From Minisyncoccia bacterium (lineage in GTDB: Bacteria > Patescibacteriota > Minisyncoccia > SW-4-49-11): a stretch of DNA of 64,000 nucleotides. The notes under the pieces are model-generated. The model was not told the origin of the DNA. It worked only from the letters and a program-made list of their open reading frames with translations, and searched no databases. Shown here piece by piece: positions 1-9,756 of this stretch. Both the position numbers and the translations under genes were made by a program. The stretch covers positions 1,812 to 65,811 of the forward strand of contig JBIIRM010000002.1 in assembly GCA_044341565.1 (NCBI GenBank), given 5' to 3'. Each line of letters starts with the position of its first letter. Position 1 is the stretch's first letter.

Positions 1-303
1 AGGATGTTTACGATTGATTTTGGCTATACTATTTTCCATAATTTCATCAAAGCTAATATTTAGCTCATCTAATGTTAAATTAAAATACCATAACAAATCT
101 CCCAGTTCTTCTTTTACCTTTTTGGTGTCTAAAGGGGAAAGGGCTTTTTTGGATTTTTTAATTAAATCTAATACTTTTACCGATTCAGTGACAAGCCCGG
201 TGCTGGCATAATCTAATCGGGGAGAGGCATCTCCCGTATGAAAATCACTATAATTTGCATAATCGGTTCTAAGTGCTTGCTTTTTATAATCATTTAAATC
301 CAT
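1..303 (-). CDS. MazG-like nucleoside triphosphate pyrophosphohydrolase. The 3' end runs off the window start; the start codon is at 303.
   Basis: Reverse-strand translation begins MDLNDYKKQALRT...EELGDLLWYFNLTLDELNISFDEIMENSIAKINRKHP. The EExGD-type motif and helix pattern are typical of the MazG/NTP-PPase all-alpha family. It is absent from the ORF track only because it runs off the edge. Confidence 0.5.
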   Translation of the reverse strand, partial: MDLNDYKKQALRTDYANYSDFHTGDASPRLDYASTGLVTESVKVLDLIKKSKKALSPLDTKKVKEELGDLLWYFNLTLDELNISFDEIMENSIAKINRKHP

Positions 304-307
304 ATAT

Positions 308-3286
308 TTATATTCCGTAATTGATAGCCCCAATAGTAGGAAATTTAGCTTTAGTTGAATTAAAGAATAATTGGAGATCTTCTAAAGGAAGTGGTCTATT
401 ATAGGCAGATATATGAGATATATTTCCTCGATCAAGATAATAGATAGATGTGGTATAGGGAGGAGTGATGAGATTAGATGGGTAAATATCTGGAGCAGTA
501 AATACAAGATCCCCATTAATATATAGCCTAATTGGTTCATTTATGGTATTCGTAATAGCAATATGATACCATTTATTAGCTTCTGGGAGTATATTCGTAT
601 TATATGTATACTCTAGATATTCATAATCATCAGTCAGGTTATTATATGTAGCGCTACCAGTATTTATCATAAAATAACCTGACTCTATATATACAGAGTT
701 ATTAAAGGAATCCATTTGATCACTAGCATACGTAGAAATTAACGTAGTAGTATTCTCATCTAATACGGGCTTCACCCAAGTCATATAGGTAGAATTAGCC
801 AGAGACTCATCACCAGATAAATCTGTATTTATTGTAGTATAGTCAGCTCCTCTTAAACTACCCCCCTCATTAGAATCATACATAATACTAGGGTCTAAGG
901 ATATATCTCTATCATTAGGACTTAAATCATTCCAAGTTGTACCGCTTCCAGGATAAGATTCTGCACATACGTCTACATACTGAAGCAGACCATTATTGAT
1001 AGGAGGAGAAATACAATCTGTAGGGAAAATAAATGGATTAGTAGCTGGTAATTCTGGAGTTTCCTTAAAACAACTAAATATACAATTAGCATTATTACGA
1101 AGAGTAGGGAATGACACACCATTGCTTTGCCAAATAGTATCAAAATTCCAAGTATTAAAACTATTAGTCTGATACATTTGAGAAGTTGTAAGTGGAGTAG
1201 CATTATCTGCGGAAGATGTCTGTAAACTCGTCTCAGTATTCCAATAATTATTAGTACTATTTACTGCTAAATCTCCAGGATTAGTCAAAACAAACTCAAC
1301 TTGTCCAGCAAAACCGTTATTAATAGGATTTATAGCAAGAGGATTTTCAGAAATGACTTTTCCAGTAGAATAGCTACTCCTAATAACAGAATCTGTATTA
1401 TTGCCAACAAATCCACCAGTATAGATGCCCAATAGGAGAGTGTCTGTAGGTCCGAATAAATCCGAATTAGGCAATATCATCACATTACCTGTGGCATAAG
1501 AATTATGAATACCTATTTCTATAGGAGGATTGGTGTCTGCAATAGTAATTTCTGTACTTTCACCACCCAATATTGGATTTACTCCCTGCATATTACCTAC
1601 AAATCCTCCTGCATAATCAGACCCAATAGACACATTACCTGTAGTATATGAATTCATAATAGAAGTAGTCGCTCCACTCATACTACCAACAAAACCACCA
1701 GCAGTATAGGTATCAACAGACACATTGCCCGTAGCATGGGAGTTGCGAATACTTCCGCCGCCCATTATAGCTACAAATCCTCCTCCATGACCTCCTAATT
1801 TTCCTATATCAGGCTCATATACTACAGTTACATCTCCATTAGCACAAGAATTGAGTATTTCACCATTCTGCATTTGTCCTACAAGTCCACCAATAGATGC
1901 CCCCCCATCAACATCTGCATTAGCTGTAGAATTAGATATAGTCCCATCTTCCATCCAACCTATAAGCCCACCAATAATATTTCCACTACCATGTACCTGT
2001 CCATTAACAAGAGAATTGTCTATAAGTCCATTATTCATCCAACCCACAAGTCCGCCTCCATAGTAACCAAATCTTGCCCAAGATACACCCTCTACAACAG
2101 CATTACGTATTTCAGTTGTACCATCTGCATATCCCACTAGACCTCCTACATAGTGCTTTGCTAATATATAATTATCTTGTAATACAATATCATAAATCTT
2201 TGCATTATTCGTACGAGAAAATAATCCTACATAATAATTAAAGCCATCATTAAACCATGACCCCTCACGATTAATAGTAAGCCCTAATATCCCATATCCA
2301 TTACCATCAAAAGTCCCTGTAAAAGGTTCATCCGTATACCCATCTCCACCGATAGGGATAAATCCAAGTCCTTCATTCCAAGTCTCAGTACCTGTGGCAT
2401 CAATATGATTACCAAGTTTATAGGCAGCATTTAAGTCTTCACTCATAGCCTGTAATTCCCAGTCATTGTTAATAATATATGGGTTTTCTTTGGTACCATT
2501 CCCTGCTAGATCTGTAAAGACCTCTTCAATATTGGTAGGTTCAGAATCATGAGGTGTAGAGAGAGTATTAATAATGGAAATCTGGTTACTATATGTGGTA
2601 CCAGAATTAGTAGTGACATAAGCTCGGACATAATAATTATTCCTAATTTGCATATCATTAAACGAGGAGTCAAAATTACCATCAATATCAGAAGAAGATA
2701 TAACATTGTCAGAAAGAGTTGGATTAGGAGTTGTAGAATAAACAATTCCATTCCCTAATATAGTAGTGTTACCAGCTATAATAACAGTATTAATATCTGC
2801 ACAAGTGGCATTACACTTTACAAGAGTAACATTGATACTTAAGGGAACTGGTAAATTAGGGGTATTGGGGATAGTAATAGTGGGAGTAGGAGTATTAGGA
2901 ATAATAGTAGGGGTAGGAGTAGTTGGTTTAGCTTTAGGCTTCTGAGCTAATTTTTTAGGAGGGATAATAGGAGTGATTTCTTCATCCACCTTAATTTCGG
3001 GCTCAGGAAGCTGAATATCTATATCTGGAGTATTAGGTATAGGGGCATTAGGCTTTATTGGAGTAGAGACTTTAGGAGGTATAGGTGTCTGAACCAGAGG
3101 AGCTTTATTAAAAAAGCCATTAAATAAAGAAGGAATAATCCCCCCAGCAATAACAATAACAAATAATAATAAAATAGCAGTAATAATAATTAATCTATTT
3201 CTTCTTTTCGCTTCTTGTTTTTTTTGTTCATTAAACCTGAGCTGTATAGCAGGATCCTGCTCTATATTAAAGGGGATATTTTCCAT
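308..3286 (-). CDS. Large membrane-anchored cell-surface protein. It has a short Lys/Arg-rich cytoplasmic N-terminus, a single transmembrane helix, a Pro/Thr-rich stalk, about ten GLUG-type repeats (GGLVG/GGFVG) and a C-terminal LamG/concanavalin-like jelly-roll domain.
   Basis: 992-aa ORF. The N-terminus LIIITAILLLFVIVIAGGII is a transmembrane helix. It is followed by PTPTPTIIPNTPTPT and repeated GGLVGY/GGLIGW/GGFVGS/GGFVGN motifs. The C-terminal third has a lectin-like composition. The function is inferred from motif recognition only. Confidence 0.55.
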   Translation of the reverse strand: MENIPFNIEQDPAIQLRFNEQKKQEAKRRNRLIIITAILLLFVIVIAGGIIPSLFNGFFNKAPLVQTPIPPKVSTPIKPNAPIPNTPDIDIQLPEPEIKVDEEITPIIPPKKLAQKPKAKPTTPTPTIIPNTPTPTITIPNTPNLPVPLSINVTLVKCNATCADINTVIIAGNTTILGNGIVYSTTPNPTLSDNVISSSDIDGNFDSSFNDMQIRNNYYVRAYVTTNSGTTYSNQISIINTLSTPHDSEPTNIEEVFTDLAGNGTKENPYIINNDWELQAMSEDLNAAYKLGNHIDATGTETWNEGLGFIPIGGDGYTDEPFTGTFDGNGYGILGLTINREGSWFNDGFNYYVGLFSRTNNAKIYDIVLQDNYILAKHYVGGLVGYADGTTEIRNAVVEGVSWARFGYYGGGLVGWMNNGLIDNSLVNGQVHGSGNIIGGLIGWMEDGTISNSTANADVDGGASIGGLVGQMQNGEILNSCANGDVTVVYEPDIGKLGGHGGGFVAIMGGGSIRNSHATGNVSVDTYTAGGFVGSMSGATTSIMNSYTTGNVSIGSDYAGGFVGNMQGVNPILGGESTEITIADTNPPIEIGIHNSYATGNVMILPNSDLFGPTDTLLLGIYTGGFVGNNTDSVIRSSYSTGKVISENPLAINPINNGFAGQVEFVLTNPGDLAVNSTNNYWNTETSLQTSSADNATPLTTSQMYQTNSFNTWNFDTIWQSNGVSFPTLRNNANCIFSCFKETPELPATNPFIFPTDCISPPINNGLLQYVDVCAESYPGSGTTWNDLSPNDRDISLDPSIMYDSNEGGSLRGADYTTINTDLSGDESLANSTYMTWVKPVLDENTTTLISTYASDQMDSFNNSVYIESGYFMINTGSATYNNLTDDYEYLEYTYNTNILPEANKWYHIAITNTINEPIRLYINGDLVFTAPDIYPSNLITPPYTTSIYYLDRGNISHISAYNRPLPLEDLQLFFNSTKAKFPTIGAINYGI

Positions 3287-3394
3287 GAAGTATATTTTGT
3301 ATTTATTAAGATACTATTATTATAGCACAATTATTGAAAAAATATAATATTATGATATACTAAATATATTCTTAAAAATATACAAATATACGCT

Positions 3395-5149
3395 ATGAAA
3401 ACTGATTCTGAATTTGTTATTGCAATTGCGGGTAAGGCTGGACAAGGAGTGCTTAGTATGGGTGACTTTATACAGCACATTGCAAAAGATTTGGGATTAT
3501 ATAGTTTTATCTGGGTAGATTATCCTAGTCTTATTAAAGGGGGGCATAATATCGTATTTATTCGTATATCTAATATCCCTATATATGCTCCTGTTGAATA
3601 TATTAGTTATCTTATTGCTCTTGATGCTGAAAGTATAGAAATACATTTTGATGAAATTGTGAATAAAGGAGTTCTTATATATGATAATGATATTGTAAAA
3701 CAAAAAATTAGTCGTAAAATAACTAAAAAACAACAATTTTTTGGTGTAGGGGTGCCATTCAATGCTATTTCTCGAGGTATTAATAAATCATCTCGCTATG
3801 TGAATACCGCTGCAATAGCTGTATTACATTTTGTATTAAATTGGTCTTTAGATACATATACTCATATTATTGAAAAGAAATTCAAGAAGAAAAGCCAAAA
3901 AATTGTTGATGATAATATAGCGGCTTTGAATCAAGCTTATGCATATGTTGAGGAGCATTATGATCATATTTTTAGTAAGGAGCTTAATCAGGGAGAAGCA
4001 AAACCATATTATTCTATTAATGGAAGTCAGGCTTTGGCCTATGGAGCTATCAAGGCGGGGGTGAAATTTACCGCGGCTTATCCGATGACTCCGGCTACTC
4101 CCATATTTGATTCCTTAGCTCAATATGCCGATGAATATGGAATTATTGCCAAACAAGCTGAGGATGAGATTTCAGCAATTTGTATGACAGTAGGAGCTTC
4201 TTATGCAGGCGCTCGGGCTCTTACCATGTCATCAGGAGGGGGTTTTTCTTTAATGGTAGAGGCTTTGGGACTTGCTGGTATTACAGAAACTCCACTTGTC
4301 GTGATTAATGCAATGCGAGGGGGACCAAGTACAGGGCTTCCTACTAAAACTGAGCAATCAGATCTGCGATTTGTATTGCATGCCTCACAGGGGGAATTCC
4401 CAAGAGTAGTATTGGCTCCTGGAGATAGTGTAGAATTATATACTATGATACAAGAGGCATTTAATCTTGCTGATTTATATCAATTACCGGTACTTGTATT
4501 AACTGATAAATATTTAGCTACTTCACAAATGATATTCCCAAAAGATATTGATTTGAATGCAACTAATATTGATAGGGGAATATTAATTCATAGTAAAAGT
4601 GATATTGGGAGTGACAAATATGCTCGATATCTCTTTACCCAGGATGGTGTCTCTCCGAGAGCCCTTCCTGGTTCTCGAGGTATTACTTTTCATTCAGGAT
4701 CTGATGAACATAATGAGTATGGGGAAATTAGTGAAGATGCTCAAAATAGAGTGAAAATGATGGATAAGAGAATGAAAAAAGAGCATAGTCTTTTACCATC
4801 TATTCCAAAGCCAGAAGTATATGGTAATACTTATTCAGAAATTACTCTTATTAGCTGGGGGTCAACCAAATGGGCTTGTATTGAGGCAATAGAATTATTA
4901 GCTAAACATAATATTACTGCTAATGTAATACATTTTACTTATATATATCCTTTTAATATTCGGAAAACACAACCATTATTAAGTCGTATTAATAGAGCTA
5001 TAGTAGTAGAAAATAATGCTACGGGTCAATTCGCTGGACTTTTGAAACAGTATTTTAATTTTGAACCTGAGCATGCATTATTAAAATATGATGGACATCC
5101 TTTTTATCCGACTGAAATTAGTAATATTATTCGTAAAGAAATGTTTTAA
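3395..5149 (+). CDS. korA: 2-oxoacid:ferredoxin oxidoreductase, fused gamma-alpha subunit (KorA/PorA-like)
   Basis: N-terminal gamma-domain motif AIAGKAGQGV. Alpha-domain motifs AAYPMTPATPI and GGGFSLMVEALGLAG. It is followed immediately by the TPP-binding beta subunit. Confidence 0.8.
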   Translation: MKTDSEFVIAIAGKAGQGVLSMGDFIQHIAKDLGLYSFIWVDYPSLIKGGHNIVFIRISNIPIYAPVEYISYLIALDAESIEIHFDEIVNKGVLIYDNDIVKQKISRKITKKQQFFGVGVPFNAISRGINKSSRYVNTAAIAVLHFVLNWSLDTYTHIIEKKFKKKSQKIVDDNIAALNQAYAYVEEHYDHIFSKELNQGEAKPYYSINGSQALAYGAIKAGVKFTAAYPMTPATPIFDSLAQYADEYGIIAKQAEDEISAICMTVGASYAGARALTMSSGGGFSLMVEALGLAGITETPLVVINAMRGGPSTGLPTKTEQSDLRFVLHASQGEFPRVVLAPGDSVELYTMIQEAFNLADLYQLPVLVLTDKYLATSQMIFPKDIDLNATNIDRGILIHSKSDIGSDKYARYLFTQDGVSPRALPGSRGITFHSGSDEHNEYGEISEDAQNRVKMMDKRMKKEHSLLPSIPKPEVYGNTYSEITLISWGSTKWACIEAIELLAKHNITANVIHFTYIYPFNIRKTQPLLSRINRAIVVENNATGQFAGLLKQYFNFEPEHALLKYDGHPFYPTEISNIIRKEMF

Positions 5150-5152
5150 TAT

Positions 5153-6022
5153 ATGAAACCAAAAAAAGACTTATCATCACATTATACTCAATCAACTCCA
5201 AACTGGTGTCCAGGATGTGGGAATTATGGAATTTGGGTGGCACTCAAAAATGCTTTACAAGAATTAAAAATCCCAGCTCATAAAGTGGTATTAGTGGGAG
5301 ATGTTGGATGTTCAGGTAAATTATCCTATTGGACAGATTATAACGGATTTGCTGGATTACATGGAAGATCTATTCCTATTGCTGAGGGAATAAAAATGGC
5401 TAATTCTGATCTTACTATTATTGTAGTAGGAGGGGATGGGGGATTATTAGGAGAAGGATTACAGCATTTTTTGCATGCTTGTCGTCGTAATGTAAATATA
5501 GCAGTTATATTACATAATAATCAGGTATATGGACTTACTACAGGTCAGACTTCACCAACTTCTGATCCTGGATATAAAAGTTCAACCACTCCAGAAGGAT
5601 CTTATGAAACACCCTTAAATCCATCTCTTTTAGCTCTTACCGCACAGGCAACTTTTGTATCAGCAAGCTTTGCGGGGAATGTTCCTCATTTGACTCAAAC
5701 TATTAAATCAGCTATTCTACATCCAGGATTTGCTCTAGTTGATGCGTATCAGCCTTGTGTGACATATAATTATATTAATACCTATGAATTCTATTCCAAG
5801 AGGGTATATGATGTAACAACAACTCCCTATAAACCTAATGATAGATTTCGTGCAATGAAAAAATCTACCGAAATTGAAGGGGGTAAAAAATTCCCAATAG
5901 GAATATTATTTCAGGATACGGAGAAGCCATCTTTGCAGGAAAATATTCAAAATAGAGTGAAGCCACTCGTAAAACAACCAATCAAAAATATTTCCGTTAA
6001 GTCTTTATTTGAACAAGATTAG
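5153..6022 (+). CDS. korB: 2-oxoacid:ferredoxin oxidoreductase beta subunit (TPP-binding)
   Basis: WCPGCGNYGI and GDVGCSG...GGDGG motifs are characteristic of OFOR beta subunits. Confidence 0.85.
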   Translation: MKPKKDLSSHYTQSTPNWCPGCGNYGIWVALKNALQELKIPAHKVVLVGDVGCSGKLSYWTDYNGFAGLHGRSIPIAEGIKMANSDLTIIVVGGDGGLLGEGLQHFLHACRRNVNIAVILHNNQVYGLTTGQTSPTSDPGYKSSTTPEGSYETPLNPSLLALTAQATFVSASFAGNVPHLTQTIKSAILHPGFALVDAYQPCVTYNYINTYEFYSKRVYDVTTTPYKPNDRFRAMKKSTEIEGGKKFPIGILFQDTEKPSLQENIQNRVKPLVKQPIKNISVKSLFEQD

Positions 6023-6025
6023 TAT

Positions 6026-6850
6026 ATGTCAGCTAAAATAGGAAAACTTCATATTGATACATTAAGTAAAAAAGAAGTTTTATCTCGAATTGAAAATGCA
6101 ATTGAGAAAAAAGATATATTGCAAATTGTAACTCCCTATTCAGAATTTGTAGTGGAGGCAGAATATAATACTAAATTTAGGGATGCAATTAATGCTAGTG
6201 AATTAAGGTTACCAGATGGAATTGGAATATTATGGGCAGGAGCTTATTTAGCTCATAAATGGAAGAGTTTATGGGGATCTTTATATGCTATTATGAATCA
6301 AGATAGTAAATTATATGCTATTTTTCCAGAAAAAATTAGTGGCTCAGACTTGATTTATGATATATTAGCTCTTGCAAGCAAAGCAGGATCAAGAATATAT
6401 TTATTGGGAGCAACAGAAGATGTATCGATAGCTGTACAGCAATATATTCATCAAGAATATCCTCGTATTACAATTGCTGGACGCAATACCAAAAAAGTTA
6501 AATTACAAGACAATGAATTATATCAAGAAATATTAGATAGTCATTCAGATATTGTATTAATAGCTTTGTCTTATCCTAAACAGGAAATTATTGGAAGTCA
6601 GCTAAAACAGTATTTTATTAAATATAAGCATAAAGGAATTATTGCCTGTATAGGAGGAAGTCTAGATTTTATTGCAGGTAGCCAGAGACGAGCTCCGAAA
6701 TGGATGCAAAAGCTAGGGTTGGAGTGGCTATTTCGTATAATTCAGCAGCCCAAAAGGATTAGACGAATTTATAAAGCTACCGTAGAATATATTCTTCTAA
6801 TCTCGAAGTATAAATCAAATATTGACAAAAACAAGGATAATGCTGTATAA
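6026..6850 (+). CDS. WecB/TagA/CpsF-family glycosyltransferase
   Basis: LRLPDGIGILWA and RIYLLGA motifs match the WecG/TagA family. Its last ~20 codons are encoded by the direct-repeat unit that is also found at 9054-9097. Confidence 0.7.
   Translation: MSAKIGKLHIDTLSKKEVLSRIENAIEKKDILQIVTPYSEFVVEAEYNTKFRDAINASELRLPDGIGILWAGAYLAHKWKSLWGSLYAIMNQDSKLYAIFPEKISGSDLIYDILALASKAGSRIYLLGATEDVSIAVQQYIHQEYPRITIAGRNTKKVKLQDNELYQEILDSHSDIVLIALSYPKQEIIGSQLKQYFIKYKHKGIIACIGGSLDFIAGSQRRAPKWMQKLGLEWLFRIIQQPKRIRRIYKATVEYILLISKYKSNIDKNKDNAV
6786..6828. repeat. Direct repeat copy A (~43 bp identical, ~68 bp at ~85% identity). It carries a TTGACA -35 box.
   Basis: atatattcttctaatctcgaagtataaatcaaatattgacaaa is identical to 9054-9097. 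The similarity continues into the -10 region (ggataatgctgtataat versus gtataataatgtataat). Confidence 0.85.
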
Positions 6851-6863
6851 TTAATAAACATAT

Positions 6864-9017
6864 ATGAAAATAAAAATAAAAAGAGTAAAGAAAGGATTCA
6901 CCTTACTCGAGATACTACTCGTAATAGTCGCAATAGGAATATTAGCAGCAATAGTATTAGTAGCAATCAACCCAAATAGACAAATAAGCCAAGTAAGGAA
7001 TGCGCAAAGGAGGTCGGATGTCAATACATTATATAAAGCACTGGAACAATATCTAATAGATAATCAAGTATATCCAGCAGATATAGATGGAACAACATCA
7101 AAAGAAGTTTGTAATACAGGAACAAGAAGTATAACAGATGATCTCCCCGATGAAAATTATTGTGATGGAAAAGCCGACTTAAGAGTCTTAGTCCCAGATT
7201 ATATAGCAGCCATACCAGTAGATCCAAGTGGGAATAACTATACAGTAAGGAAAAATGAAAGTAATAGCAATAATATTAAAATTTGTGTTAATGCCCCTGG
7301 GGTAGAATTAGGAAAAATTATAAAAATAAACTGTGAAGGCGAGGATGTAGCCTCAGGAGTACTTTTGCCATCAGATATATCGCCTTTTATAGAAGGTTTT
7401 GATGATTCTCTTGGAGAGTCGTTGTACGACGAACCTGGCACTAACGATGGAAGCTATGGATATGTATTTAATACCACTGAAGAGAGTATTGTAAACGCTT
7501 TAGGTTTTTCAGCACAAGACAACTGGACAAACACCAATCTAACATATACAGTTCAACTTTTGTCTTTTTCTGTTAACCCAGAAGATCCTGACATAGAGAC
7601 CTCCCTTACCTACCTATCTCTAGCAGAACTCACATTCAATCCCAATGATCCCGACTTACTTTTAGTTGATGGTTACTACTGGAAGCCTCTTCCAACTCCT
7701 ATTAATCTTGCAGCGTCCTCAAGCGATCCATATACCGGTTATAGCATAGTCGCTATTGGTAACTTTACTGATAATTTAGATCTAACACTACGTGGTAATT
7801 TTAAGGAAATTGATGGGCAACCGATCTTCTCTTCTTTGGGACTATATGAATTTGGTGGCTATAATCAAGTAGGTGCTCCATTTTATCCTTTGCCAATTCA
7901 AAGTAATGATCAATATGGATATTGGAATACTAATATATCAATTAAGTCACTTCAGGATCCTACCCCTGAAGGCTTTAATGGCCGAGTCGAAACTTTGGCT
8001 ATTCAATCAGATGGTAAAATATTTGTGGGGGGATGGTTTACTAACTATGAAGGGGTTGATTCAGTAAATAAAATAACCCGTCTTAATAGTGATGGAAGTA
8101 GAGATGATACCTTTATAGGCTCAGGATTTGATTCAGAATATAACGATGATTTGGAAGTTACTAGAGTTGACACTATTGCCATCCAAGCTAATGGCAAGAT
8201 AGTAGTGGGAGGCTCATTTACCAGCTACCAAGGAATAGCATCTAATAGAATAATCCGTCTTAATAGTGATGGAAGTATAGATACAAGTTTTAATGTAGAG
8301 ATAGAGTTTGATGATTGGGTGAGCGCTATTGCTATCCAGTCAGATGGAAAAATATTAGTAGGAGCAGATTATAATAAAATAATCCGTCTGAATAGTAATG
8401 GAAGTATAGACAGTAGCTTTAATATAGGAACAGGTTTTAATAATGCTGTAACTAATATTACTTTACAAAGTGATGGAAAAGTATTGGTAGGAGGAGTTTT
8501 TACTGGATATAATGGAGAATTAGCTAATAGAATAACCAGACTTAATTCAAATGGAAGTATAGACACAAGCTTTAATATGGGTACAGGCTTTGATAGTTGG
8601 GTTAACACCATCGCCATACAGGATGATGGAAAGATAATAGTGGGTGGAAATTTTTCTAGTTATCAGGGAGTAACAGCTAATAAAATAATCCGTCTGAATA
8701 GTAATGGAAGTATAGACAGTAGCTTTAATATAGGAACAGGTTTTAATAATGCTGTAACTAATATTACTTTACAAAGTGATGGAAAAGTATTGGTAGGAGG
8801 AGTTTTTACTGGATATAATGGAGAATTAGCTAATAGAATAACCAGACTTAATTCAAATGGAAGTAGAGATCTTAGCTTTGATATGGGATCAGGATTTAAT
8901 AATACGGTACAAACAATAACCGTTGATAGTGATGGAAAGATAATAGTAGGAGGTGATTTTACTAGTTATAAAGATCAAATTGCTAATTATTTTATTATAA
9001 TATATGAAGAATTGTAG
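6864..9017 (+). CDS. Type IV pilin-like (prepilin leader) protein fused to a delta-60-repeat beta-propeller. Candidate pilus-associated adhesin.
   Basis: N-terminus MKIKIKRVKKG/FTLLEILLVIVAIGILAAI is a class III signal peptide with a prepilin cleavage/methylation motif. The C-terminal ~450 aa consist of repeats (I)IRLNSxGSxDxSFxxGTGF...QSDGKxxVGGxFTxYxG, which is the delta-60 repeat pattern. The N-domain is paralogous to the small pilin at 17964. Confidence 0.7.
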   Translation: MKIKIKRVKKGFTLLEILLVIVAIGILAAIVLVAINPNRQISQVRNAQRRSDVNTLYKALEQYLIDNQVYPADIDGTTSKEVCNTGTRSITDDLPDENYCDGKADLRVLVPDYIAAIPVDPSGNNYTVRKNESNSNNIKICVNAPGVELGKIIKINCEGEDVASGVLLPSDISPFIEGFDDSLGESLYDEPGTNDGSYGYVFNTTEESIVNALGFSAQDNWTNTNLTYTVQLLSFSVNPEDPDIETSLTYLSLAELTFNPNDPDLLLVDGYYWKPLPTPINLAASSSDPYTGYSIVAIGNFTDNLDLTLRGNFKEIDGQPIFSSLGLYEFGGYNQVGAPFYPLPIQSNDQYGYWNTNISIKSLQDPTPEGFNGRVETLAIQSDGKIFVGGWFTNYEGVDSVNKITRLNSDGSRDDTFIGSGFDSEYNDDLEVTRVDTIAIQANGKIVVGGSFTSYQGIASNRIIRLNSDGSIDTSFNVEIEFDDWVSAIAIQSDGKILVGADYNKIIRLNSNGSIDSSFNIGTGFNNAVTNITLQSDGKVLVGGVFTGYNGELANRITRLNSNGSIDTSFNMGTGFDSWVNTIAIQDDGKIIVGGNFSSYQGVTANKIIRLNSNGSIDSSFNIGTGFNNAVTNITLQSDGKVLVGGVFTGYNGELANRITRLNSNGSRDLSFDMGSGFNNTVQTITVDSDGKIIVGGDFTSYKDQIANYFIIIYEEL
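8375..8559. repeat. Intragenic perfect direct repeat, copy 1 (~185 bp)
   Basis: The sequence taataaaataatccgtctgaatagtaatggaagtatagacagtagc...cttaattcaaatggaagta recurs exactly at ~8683-8865. It encodes an identical delta-60 blade, IIRLNSNGSIDSSFNIGTGFNNAVTNITLQSDGKVLVGGVFTGYNGELANRITRLNSNGS. Confidence 0.85.
8683..8865. repeat. Intragenic perfect direct repeat, copy 2
   Basis: See copy 1. The boundaries are approximate to within a few bases. Confidence 0.85.
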
Positions 9018-9053
9018 TAGATATCAATCTACCAAAAGAGTTATATCACATTA

Positions 9054-9097
9054 AATATATTCTTCTAATCTCGAAGTATAAATCAAATATTGACAAA
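9054..9097. repeat. Direct repeat copy B. It carries the TTGACA -35 box of the rpmF promoter.
   Basis: Identical 43-mer to 6786-6828. It is followed by ttgacaaacataagtataataatgtataat, which is TTGACA-N18-TATAAT. Confidence 0.85.
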
Positions 9098-9145
9098 CAT
9101 AAGTATAATAATGTATAATTAACAGTAATTAAGTAATTATTTTGT

Positions 9146-9283
9146 ATGGCAGTACCAAAGAAGAGACATAATCATAGTAGAACCGGGAAAAACCGTTCTC
9201 ATCATGCTTTAAAACAAGTAGAAGCAAGAGTACGAGGAGTTTCTCATCGTTTGAAGAAATTTTTGACCCGAACTAATGGATAA
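9146..9283 (+). CDS. rpmF: 50S ribosomal protein L32
   Basis: 45-aa ORF MAVPKKRHNHSRTGKNRSHHALKQVEARVRG.... The MAVPKK..SR..RRSHHAL pattern is diagnostic of bL32. It is not in the ORF track because it is shorter than 60 aa. Confidence 0.7.
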   Translation: MAVPKKRHNHSRTGKNRSHHALKQVEARVRGVSHRLKKFLTRTNG

Positions 9284-9321
9284 TGTTTAGTTTATAAATC
9301 GTCCTTAAATACCAAAAAAAT

Positions 9322-9756
9322 ATGGCAAATAGGCACTTTATGAGATCAGTAGCAATGCAAACACTGTATCAGATTGATGTTGCTGATTTATGGGAATATG
9401 AACAACTTTGGGATATTATTCAAGAGTCTTTATATCGTTTAGCTGAGGGAATAGAGGATATTTCTTATATTAAAGAGGTTATTTCAGGAGTATTAGAGCA
9501 TCGTACTCAAATTGATGCGGCTATTAGTAAATATGCTACTGGTTGGGTGGTAGAGACTATTGCTCCTGTTGAGCGAAATATTTTGCGTCTTGCAATTTAT
9601 GAAATTGACTACTATCAAGATAAAGATATTCCTCCTAAAGTTGCTATCAATGAAGCTATTGAACTAGCCAAAGCATTTAGTGGACCCGCAGCGGGGAAAT
9701 TTGTCAATGGAATATTAGGAGGATTATATAAGGATAAAGAGCCTATGAGTGTATGA
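9322..9756 (+). CDS. nusB: Transcription antitermination factor NusB
   Basis: [16 protein letters not shown]-terminal motif and NusB length. Confidence 0.8.
   Translation: MANRHFMRSVAMQTLYQIDVADLWEYEQLWDIIQESLYRLAEGIEDISYIKEVISGVLEHRTQIDAAISKYATGWVVETIAPVERNILRLAIYEIDYYQDKDIPPKVAINEAIELAKAFSGPAAGKFVNGILGGLYKDKEPMSV

Noticed and set aside
14-211. 65-aa plus-strand ORF at the window start
   Set aside because: It lies antisense to a well-supported MazG-like minus-strand coding region (EELGDLLWY motif). The composition is low-complexity.
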